Shown here in pieces: positions 48,495 through 55,499 of a stretch of DNA of 64,000 bases (the stretch's first letter is position 1; every line of letters starts with the position of its first letter). This DNA is from Pseudobdellovibrionaceae bacterium (GTDB lineage: Bacteria > Bdellovibrionota > Bdellovibrionia > Bdellovibrionales > UBA1609). The translations under genes and the position numbers were made by a program. Location: positions 593,811 to 657,810 of the forward strand of contig JACKAM010000002.1 in the NCBI GenBank assembly GCA_020635075.1. Reading direction: 5' to 3'. The notes under the pieces are model-generated. The model was not told the DNA's origin. It saw only the letters and a list, made by a program, of their open reading frames with translations, and searched no databases.

Positions 48495-48758
48495 ATGAAG
48501 AAGAGGTACACAGAAGAACAGACAATTGCGGCGGTTAAAAGGCTTGAAGCCGGCATGTCGGCAAAAGAGCTCAGCCGAGAATTGGGCGTCAGCCAGCAGA
48601 CCCTCTACCACTGGAAGAAGAAGTTTGGCGGCATGGACGTATCGGAGGCTAGGCGCTTGAAGGAGCTTGAGGCTGAGAACGCAAAGCTTAAGCGCATTGT
48701 GGCCGACCAGGCCTTAGATATCGTCATGCTCAAGGATGTGAACTCAAAAAAGTGGTAA
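48495..48758 (+). CDS. IS3-family transposase OrfA
   Basis: AAGGAG at 48481-48486. MKKRYTEEQTIAAVKRLEAGMSAKELSRELGVSQQTLYHWKKKFGGM...LEAENAKLKRIVADQ. Confidence 0.9.
   Translation: MKKRYTEEQTIAAVKRLEAGMSAKELSRELGVSQQTLYHWKKKFGGMDVSEARRLKELEAENAKLKRIVADQALDIVMLKDVNSKKW
48746..48752 (+). other. A_AAA_AAG -1 programmed frameshift site (OrfA to OrfAB)
   Basis: The canonical IS3 slippery heptamer, in phase (codons TCA AAA AAG) and 4 nt before the OrfA stop. orfB is in the -1 frame. Confidence 0.7.
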
Positions 48759-49579
48759 GGCCCAGTGAGAGCCGGGCCGAGGCGAAGTACTTGGTGAACA
48801 AGTACAGTAAGCCTGTGGCCCGTATTTGCCGTCTTCTGGGCCTGTCCGTGTCGACATACAACTATCAAGAGAAGGCCAAAGATGATGGACCTATTCGAGA
48901 GAAGTTTGAATCTCTTGTTGAAGACCATCGAAGGTTTGGACATCCAAGACTTTTTGTAATGATGAAGCGAGACATGCCTGGGGTAAACCACAAGCGCACA
49001 CGAAGGATCTATAGAGAAATGGGACTACAAATAGGTCGAAGAAAAAGGAAAAAACTTGGCAGTCGTGGGCGACTGCCAGCAACCACTGCGTCGGCACCCA
49101 ACGAGATCTGGGCCATTGATTTTATGTTCGATTACATCGAGTCAGGTCGAAGACTCAAGGTGCTTACAACAGTTGACGAATTTGCCAAGGAGTCGCCCGG
49201 AATACTTGTAGACCATTCTATACGCGGCGTGGACGTCACAGCTTTTCTGGATCATCTAGCATGTGGTAATTATCCGAAAGTCATTCGCATCGATCAGGGT
49301 ACAGAGTTTACGTCTCGCGCAATGCTCGACTGGGCGTACAGGCACGGGATCACTCTTGAATTCACCAGAGTTCGAAAGCCTAATCAGATTATCGAATCAT
49401 TCAACTCTCGTGTAAGAGACGAGTGCCTCAATGAGCACGCATTTTTTAGCCTAGAGGATGCCAGGCAAAAGATCGATGCCTGGCACTGGAAGTACAACAA
49501 CATCAATCCGCATTCGGCATTGGGGATGAAATCTCCAGTGGAGTTTGCAAAAGAACGGGAAAGTATGTTAGCAAGTTAA
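48752..49579 (+). CDS. IS3-family transposase OrfB (rve integrase core; expressed as an OrfAB fusion)
   Basis: NEIWAIDFM...TVDEFAKE...IRIDQGTEFTS...NQIIESFNSRVRDECLN...NNINPHSALG (DDE). Confidence 0.9.
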   Translation: MVRPSESRAEAKYLVNKYSKPVARICRLLGLSVSTYNYQEKAKDDGPIREKFESLVEDHRRFGHPRLFVMMKRDMPGVNHKRTRRIYREMGLQIGRRKRKKLGSRGRLPATTASAPNEIWAIDFMFDYIESGRRLKVLTTVDEFAKESPGILVDHSIRGVDVTAFLDHLACGNYPKVIRIDQGTEFTSRAMLDWAYRHGITLEFTRVRKPNQIIESFNSRVRDECLNEHAFFSLEDARQKIDAWHWKYNNINPHSALGMKSPVEFAKERESMLAS

Positions 49580-49802
49580 CGCCACCTGACTCAGGATTTT
49601 TGACTCACAGAATCTTGGGCCAACCGCCAATGTGCCCGATTTATCCTGTGGTACCCCCGGGTATCTTGAAAACTGGAGAATTGCGCTCCTTTGGGTTCAC
49701 GGAGGGCTGCCGCATAAGCGTTACTCATTTTACAAAACAAAAACAGACAACTCCCGCCCTTTGAACAGTTAAATTTTAGTCCAGGAATCCGATACGGTTT
49801 TT

Positions 49803-50432
49803 ATGAGTGAAGTGGCTAAAATTTCAAAAACACAAGAACTACTATTTTCTCACCTTGATAGAGTCAGAAAATCTATTGGTGAAATTAAGATCGGCAGTCC
49901 AGAGCAGTTCCCCTATGGGTGGCGTAAAGCAGCTAAAGGAAGAACGGTGTGGCGTATTCTAGAAGAGTGCTTAAACCAAAAGCTAGAAACTTCCAACACA
50001 GGGGAGTCAATTTTTACTCCTGCTGATTCTGAAGTGGGCGTATTCGACTTTCATGCAAACTTCGCCTCTGAAAATTGCGAAGGCTTTGTGAATATAAAGT
50101 CAGCAACCAAAGGCAGAAAGAATAGCAAAGACGATTTGAGTAAAGCCATCAGGCTTATCGAGTTTTATCAACAGAATCCAAATGCTCACATCTTTATTGC
50201 AACTTTTGAAATAGAATTCCTAGATGATATGAAAATTGCTTTACCATCGTGTTATGTGATGCCGTTAGCTTGGATACCTGACGTCTATGTTAACCCAAGC
50301 AACAATGGGAACTTACAATCAGCAAAGTACAAAGACTTAGACTTGGCGGTTAAACGCACAAATCAAGAGTTTTATGATGAGTTAGTGAAGGCAAATGAGG
50401 TAGCAATTCAAAAGAAGCGTAAAAAGAGCTAA
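49803..50432 (+). CDS. Hypothetical protein; candidate restriction endonuclease partner of the adjacent methyltransferase
   Basis: 209 aa, AT-rich, convergent with the MTase and overlapping it by 4 nt. There is a possible PD...(D/E)xK-like arrangement (TPADSE...EGFVNIKS). I recognise no family, so the function rests on position only. Confidence 0.4.
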   Translation: MSEVAKISKTQELLFSHLDRVRKSIGEIKIGSPEQFPYGWRKAAKGRTVWRILEECLNQKLETSNTGESIFTPADSEVGVFDFHANFASENCEGFVNIKSATKGRKNSKDDLSKAIRLIEFYQQNPNAHIFIATFEIEFLDDMKIALPSCYVMPLAWIPDVYVNPSNNGNLQSAKYKDLDLAVKRTNQEFYDELVKANEVAIQKKRKKS

Positions 50433-52084
50433 ACAAGAATTTCCCTAATTCGATTATTAAATGATTTATTATCTATTTCCCCGCACAATAGACTTCGATA
50501 TACCTCAGAAAGGTTTTTTGTCAGTATCTCATCATCCTCAAAATTCGGGCAAGGTATGCTTTGAACGTCTCTAGGCTCAAACTTGTTTAGCCCATCGCCC
50601 AACTTACGAATATTTTGCCTTACAAGCCCAGCCGCAACATCAGACATCAAAAATGCACAAACCGCATCAAGTAATTCCTGAGGGTGATTGCCTTTAAGAA
50701 ATAAACCATGAAAACAAGTGAGATTTGCTACTTTCGCTCCGTTAGATATCACTTTCACAGAATCCCGAAAAAACGTACCGATCAATGCAGGGGCTATTTT
50801 AATGTTTTCCATGCTATACCAGGGAGTTCTTCTCGCAGGCAGATATTTTTTGTCTACCCCTAAACTTAATCCATGCTCAATGTAAGCAGCAACTCTTGGG
50901 TCCTTAGAATCTTTCTCCTTCAAATCAAGTACATAAACTGGTTTGTCGTTAGATTCGATTTGCTCAACTAATTTATCAGTTAGCTGAAGTCCACTAATAT
51001 GCGTACTTTTTGTTATGCATAATTGGAAATATTTAGGGTTTAGATCCCACTCTTTGATTTTTGATTTGTCGAAAATATAAAAATTATTAGCTCCAGTAGC
51101 AAGACCTCTACTACATCTAACAAAGTCGCCAATTTTTCGAGTAAAACTATCGTTTAATTTAACTTCAGTTCCTATCAAATTCCACTTGGACTCGGCCGGA
51201 AGTTTGTCATATTCGATTGTGCTAAATATCTTTTCTAGTCCCTTTGCATCCCCTTTTTTGTGGTTCTGCAGAGATGAAAACAGCTTGCTCCAATCATCAT
51301 TACAATTGATCCTATAGTACCTTAAATTAGAAGATTTAGTTTTTTCAAATAAGACAAGACAGCTAGTAGTAATGGCACTGTCAAACAAATTTAGATTCGA
51401 ATCGAAAAACACAAAGCGAATATCAATGCCTAGCTTCTTCATGTAGGCTTTGATTGGCGTACCATAGTCGGTATTGAGAAACTCTTTCGGAATTATGAAT
51501 GCTCCTCGTCCACCGTCTTTGATCTTGTCTAGAACCTTTATCAAAAAGAAATTATAGAGATTTGTCATTGAGGAAATTTTAGCCCCAACAACTTTGGAAA
51601 AGTGATCTCTCTTTTCTTGTGACAAGCGAGATACTTTGTAAATGATGTAGGGCGGATTACTGATAGCTCTATCAAACTCAGGGAGTGAGGCGTCTATAAA
51701 ATCTTGCCCTAGTATTTCTATATTATTGAATGCACCAAGCCTCTCAAGTAGGTCCTGAGACCTTAACCTGAGCTCTCCATCTACCTCATAGCATATCAAT
51801 TTTTTATACTGACCTTCAAAATGTTGATTTATTGCCCATTCGAAAACACCTAATCCTGAGCCTGGATCTATAATTATCGAATCAGAGGAGGGTGACAGCC
51901 ATAAAGCTAAGGCTTCAGCTATCTCTGGTGGAGTAAAAAATTGCCCATAGTTTTTTAGGTGATCCTTATCTCTTGTAGAGTAGTAAGAGGAATATTCTCC
52001 AGTTATTTGATTCGTGAATAAGTTATTTTCCTCTAACAAGCACCCCTCCAAGATTGGCTTGAACATTACTAAAAAAAGAGACAA
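50429..52084 (-). CDS. N6-adenine DNA methyltransferase (gamma class, Eco57I/TaqI-like) with C-terminal target-recognition domain
   Basis: GQFFTPPEIA, motif I IIDPGSGLGVF and motif IV SNPPYI. The track ORF starts at TTG 52084. The first ATG is at 52066, so the start is uncertain. Confidence 0.85.
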   Translation of the reverse strand: MSLFLVMFKPILEGCLLEENNLFTNQITGEYSSYYSTRDKDHLKNYGQFFTPPEIAEALALWLSPSSDSIIIDPGSGLGVFEWAINQHFEGQYKKLICYEVDGELRLRSQDLLERLGAFNNIEILGQDFIDASLPEFDRAISNPPYIIYKVSRLSQEKRDHFSKVVGAKISSMTNLYNFFLIKVLDKIKDGGRGAFIIPKEFLNTDYGTPIKAYMKKLGIDIRFVFFDSNLNLFDSAITTSCLVLFEKTKSSNLRYYRINCNDDWSKLFSSLQNHKKGDAKGLEKIFSTIEYDKLPAESKWNLIGTEVKLNDSFTRKIGDFVRCSRGLATGANNFYIFDKSKIKEWDLNPKYFQLCITKSTHISGLQLTDKLVEQIESNDKPVYVLDLKEKDSKDPRVAAYIEHGLSLGVDKKYLPARRTPWYSMENIKIAPALIGTFFRDSVKVISNGAKVANLTCFHGLFLKGNHPQELLDAVCAFLMSDVAAGLVRQNIRKLGDGLNKFEPRDVQSIPCPNFEDDEILTKNLSEVYRSLLCGEIDNKSFNNRIREILV

Positions 52085-52115
52085 TGGTCACGGTCATATT
52101 GAATTTCCGCATACC

Positions 52116-52149
52116 GGACATGTCCCACTGGTGTCCCAAAAATGTCCCA
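52116..52149. promoter_or_regulatory. Operator-like array: palindrome GGACATGTCC followed by TGTCCCA x3 at exact 11-bp spacing
   Basis: TGTCCCA sits at 52121-52127, 52132-52138 and 52143-52149. The palindrome spans 52116-52125. The array lies 32-65 bp upstream of the MTase TTG start. A regulatory role is inference. Confidence 0.4.
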
Positions 52150-52347
52150 CCTAGAATGATATCCAGTGATGTACGGTGATATTCAAGAAATCCGCCCCTG
52201 ATAACCCATTGAAAGTAGTTATTAGGGCTCTTCCCGGTTAAGGGTGGGAAACGCGGCGTTAAAGGCATAAAAAAAGGAACCATCTAATTCCTCTCAGTTT
52301 TAAGGTTTGAGTTGCGAAACAAAAACTTTAAACAAAAAGGATCTTCG

Positions 52348-53541
52348 ATGGCTCCTATTCATTCTCGTGTATCACACTTTGTGCTCTCACCTGAACTAAA
52401 ACTCACTGATCATCGCTTTTTAGGGCGTTTCCAGACCATTTTTGACGTGCATAAAGAATCCTCATTCGAAGTCTGCCCTAAATGCGCTACCAAATCCTTC
52501 TCCGTCCACGATCGCAGGTGGGTCAAAATCAAAGATGCACCCATCAGAGGAAATGGAATCCTCCTCAGAATTCGAAAACGACGCTTTAGGTGCCCCGCTT
52601 GCAAGGCCGTGTTCACTGAACCCGTCGGACTTGTTCAGAAAGGCTACAGGACCACGAGACGATTTAGAAAAAACCTGGCTTGGTCCTGCAACAACCTCCT
52701 TGATCTCAAACGCGTCCAAAAAGCCCACAAATGCTCCGCCTGGCTCGTTTACAAGGTCTTCTATGAACAACTCGAGCTAGAACACAGAAAAATCAAAAAC
52801 GACCCCTGGCCAAAAACCATTGGCATCGATGAACACACCTTCAAACGCAATAAAAACAAGGGGTACAGAGAGTTCGCAACTGTCCTCGTCGACTACAATC
52901 ACAGACGAATCAAAGAAGTCGTGCACGGAAAAACTGCTGCTGGACTTCAACGGGATCTCTACCATATACAGGGGCGAGAAAACGTCCGTAACGTCGTCCT
53001 CGACCTCTGTGACCCATTTAAAAAGTTCGCCAAAGAACACTTCCCAAATGCTCGCATCGTCGCCGACAAGTTCCATGTGCTCAGAATTCTAAACCCAGCC
53101 ATCAATAAAAGAAGAACCTCCATCACGGGCGATAAAAGATCCAATCCCGTTAGAAAACTCCTACTTAGAAACGGATTTAAACTCGAGTACTTCGAAAGAA
53201 AAGCCCTCTGGAAATGGCTCGATCAAAACCCTGACGTCAAAGAAGTCTACTTCTACAAAGAAGCACTTCATCAGCTCTACCGCACCAAAGGCTACCACAA
53301 GGCATCCAGAGCCCTCACAAGGCTTACTGATGAAATGGCCCACTCAAATCTACCCGAAATTAAAACCCTAAGGAAAACCCTCATGAAGTGGAGAAATGAA
53401 ATCCTGAACTACTTTATAACACGACTTACCAACGCAAGAACCGAAGGCTTTAATAACCTCGCAAAGCTTTACCAGAAGAGGGCTTTCGGATATAAGAACT
53501 TCGAAAATTACCGACTCAGACTCTTAAATGCAGGTATTTAG
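52348..53541 (+). CDS. ISL3-family transposase
   Basis: zf-ISL3: CPKCATKSFSVHDRRWVKIKD...RFRCPACKAVF. DDE_Tnp_ISL3: IGIDEHTF...VLDLCDPFKK...ADKFHVL...NARTEGFNN. Start at ATG 52348 (AAGGA upstream); the track start is TTG 52312. The element ends are not securely identified. Confidence 0.9.
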   Translation: MAPIHSRVSHFVLSPELKLTDHRFLGRFQTIFDVHKESSFEVCPKCATKSFSVHDRRWVKIKDAPIRGNGILLRIRKRRFRCPACKAVFTEPVGLVQKGYRTTRRFRKNLAWSCNNLLDLKRVQKAHKCSAWLVYKVFYEQLELEHRKIKNDPWPKTIGIDEHTFKRNKNKGYREFATVLVDYNHRRIKEVVHGKTAAGLQRDLYHIQGRENVRNVVLDLCDPFKKFAKEHFPNARIVADKFHVLRILNPAINKRRTSITGDKRSNPVRKLLLRNGFKLEYFERKALWKWLDQNPDVKEVYFYKEALHQLYRTKGYHKASRALTRLTDEMAHSNLPEIKTLRKTLMKWRNEILNYFITRLTNARTEGFNNLAKLYQKRAFGYKNFENYRLRLLNAGI

Positions 53542-53573
53542 AGGGTTTTAGACGCACTTCCACCATCTACCGA

Positions 53574-53597
53574 GTAGAACCGTAGAACCGTAGAACC
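53574..53597. repeat. Tandem octamer GTAGAACC x3
   Basis: Read directly from the sequence, downstream of the ISL3 transposase stop. Confidence 0.9.
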
Positions 53598-53652
53598 GAA
53601 ATTACTTAATTAACAATACTCTCGCAGTTAATGCGGCGAGAGGCGCATAATT

Positions 53653-53666
53653 TGGTGGAGGCGGTG
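53653..53666 (-). repeat. 14-nt exact direct repeat of the tmRNA 3' terminus (TGGTGGAGGCGGTG); att-like scar
   Basis: Identical to 54587-54600 and in the same orientation. The flanking bases partly resemble the T-loop (ATTCGATC versus GGAATCGAAC). Confidence 0.6.
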
Positions 53667-53733
53667 ATTCGATCATAAGTTGTTGAATTCACTGCCTCTA
53701 AACTCCAATCAACTACAAATTACTACATGTGAG

Positions 53734-54552
53734 TCAACCACAGCCTTCAGTTTGCTTCGGATTAGACATCCTAATGATTACCAATCCACCCCGAACTACT
53801 ATTGCAGAGACTATAGCCCCAATCACCAGATCAGGAATATTGCTCTGAAAAAAGTAGACCAAAATACCTGAAACAATGACTCCAGAGTTCACAATAACGT
53901 CATTAGCTGAAAATATCCAGCTTGCCTTCATGTGGACTTCACCATCTTTGTGCTTATGAATGAGTGCTAGGCACCAAACATTTGCAATCAAAGCGATGAT
54001 AGAAATGGAGATCATGTAACTAGATAGTGGTTCACTTCCGAAGTAGAGCTTTCTGGCAACTTCTAAAAGGCATAAAACACCTAAAGAAATTTGCAAAACT
54101 CCGCTTAAGTATGCCGCCTGATTCTTTACTTTCAGGCTTCTTCCCACAGCATAGAGGCTCACACCGTAAACTAGAGAGTCTGCTAACATATCTAATCCAT
54201 CTGCGACCAGCCCAGTGGATTCAGCATATAAACCAACAAAAACCTCTACGAAAAACATCGTAAGATTGATTCCAAGGAGATATTTGAGAGTTTTGGCTTC
54301 AACACTAGACTTTGCATCTGGAACATCAGCAATCTCTATTGCAGATGAGGACAAAACCTCACCTGGCAAAGAAATGCTCTCCAATCCATTAATTATCATT
54401 GCCTCATCACAATCATGATAGAAGGTCACAGCCCTTTCCTGAAGATCAAACTCCATTCGGGATTGTGGACTGGTTCTTTCCATCATGCCCTCGATCATCT
54501 TGATCTCTGAAGGGCAGTCCATTTTGGCAATTCTAATTACGGTTTTTTTCAT
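53734..54552 (-). CDS. Cation diffusion facilitator (CzcD-like) transporter with N-terminal HMA-like MDCPSE domain
   Basis: IRIAKMDCPSEIKMIEGMM, then TM helices with AESTGLVADGLDMLADS (CDF signature region) and HKHKDGEVHM. Confidence 0.8.
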   Translation of the reverse strand: MKKTVIRIAKMDCPSEIKMIEGMMERTSPQSRMEFDLQERAVTFYHDCDEAMIINGLESISLPGEVLSSSAIEIADVPDAKSSVEAKTLKYLLGINLTMFFVEVFVGLYAESTGLVADGLDMLADSLVYGVSLYAVGRSLKVKNQAAYLSGVLQISLGVLCLLEVARKLYFGSEPLSSYMISISIIALIANVWCLALIHKHKDGEVHMKASWIFSANDVIVNSGVIVSGILVYFFQSNIPDLVIGAIVSAIVVRGGLVIIRMSNPKQTEGCG

Positions 54553-54562
54553 CCTGCCTATC

Positions 54563-54581
54563 CTGGGAATCGAACCAGGGT
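54563..54581 (-). repeat. Isolated T-arm-like sequence (CCCTGGTTCGATTCCCAGG) 6 nt beyond the tmRNA CCA end
   Basis: Shares the 12-mer GGGAATCGAACC (plus strand) with the tmRNA T-arm 27 nt away. There are no acceptor or anticodon arms, so it is not a tRNA gene. Confidence 0.6.
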
Positions 54582-54586
54582 TATTG

Positions 54587-54938
54587 TGGTGGAGGCGGTG
54601 GGAATCGAACCCACGTCCGCAAGCGATTCACATTAAGGCGCTACATGCTTAGTCGATATTTTTAGAGGAACCACAGAGCTTCTACCGACAAAATATCTAC
54701 GGTCCCTCCCCCAGATTGTTTAAGTGAGTGGCCCTGGAGAAAACAACCAATCACCGAGGTAACTACAGTTACACCTTCCAAATAGCGTTACCAACTACCT
54801 GGTCGACGTGCAGCTTAATTAAGCTGCAAATGCATAGTTGTCGTTAGCAACTATAGGTTGCTCGTTTTTAACGAGGTCCACGAGCGCCCCGGCATGCTCC
54901 CTAAGCTTCACTACCCACGTCGAAGCCATGTCGCCCCC
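54587..54938 (-). ncRNA. ssrA: tmRNA (SsrA), 352 nt, tag peptide ANDNYAFAA
   Basis: 5' GGGGGCGACATGGCTTCGACGTGGG and 3' GGACGTGGGTTCGATTCCCACCGCCTCCACCA (tRNA-Ala-like acceptor and T-arm). The tag ORF is GCT AAC GAC AAC TAT GCA TTT GCA GCT TAA at 54848-54819. Confidence 0.95.
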
Positions 54939-55133
54939 ATATAGGTTTTGATACTTAAAGACTCTTATTTGTAACACAAAGGCCTGGCTTTTGTCGAGAG
55001 GGCAGTTCTAAGGTCGCGGAATAAGGGGGTATTCATCAATTATATTGGCGGGCGTAGGAGCGCAACTTTACCCTGTGGGCTGGGTTTCTTCTAATGTTTG
55101 CACCCAATCTGTCACTTAAAAAAGGGAGTCTGT

Positions 55134-55499
55134 ATGTTCACTCGTTATTTGGTTCTGGCTGCGGCCATTTGTCTTTTGTCCCCACTGGCCTCGGCGGAAA
55201 AGTTCCGTGAAGCCTGTAAAGAGGATATCAAAACCTTTTGTACCGATAAGGGCATTAAGCCTGGTGGCGGGAGAATCCTGTCGTGTTTGAAGGCCCAAGA
55301 GGCTAACTTGTCCTCGGGTTGTTCTGCAGCTATGGCTGAGGGAAAACAAAAAATGAAGGACTGGCATGCAGCCTGTAAGGGTGACATTCAAACTCACTGC
55401 AAGGGCATTCCTCCCGGCAAAGGCCGCATCCTTTCTTGTCTTAAAACCAAAGAGGACAGCCTGACCTCTGAGTGCAAAACAGCCATGTCGAGTCGGTGA
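55134..55499 (+). CDS. Secreted cysteine-rich repeat protein (two repeats)
   Basis: AAGGGAG RBS and signal peptide MFTRYLVLAAAICLLSPLASA. The unit C..DI..FC......G.GRILSCLK......LS..C is repeated. Confidence 0.7.
   Translation: MFTRYLVLAAAICLLSPLASAEKFREACKEDIKTFCTDKGIKPGGGRILSCLKAQEANLSSGCSAAMAEGKQKMKDWHAACKGDIQTHCKGIPPGKGRILSCLKTKEDSLTSECKTAMSSR

Larger units (their letters stand above)
48407..49629 (+). mobile_element. Second, different IS3-family insertion sequence (~1.2 kb, apparently intact)
   Basis: Imperfect ~50-bp terminal IRs start with GGCGGTTGGCCC (48408-48419, and reverse-complemented at 49617-49628) and contain GTGAG.C....ATC.TGAGTCA.G.G. I could not identify a target duplication. 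Confidence 0.8.

Noticed and set aside
52023-52283. 86-aa minus-strand ORF covering the TGTCCCA array.
   Set aside because: Its sequence (…GTFLGHQWDMS…) is generated by the DNA repeats. It overlaps the MTase 5' end and has no RBS or recognisable fold. I treat it as non-coding regulatory DNA.
54563-54581. Possible tRNA gene next to ssrA.
   Set aside because: Only a T-arm-like stem-loop is present. The flanks are the CDF start codon and the tmRNA 3' end, which leaves no room for acceptor, D or anticodon arms.
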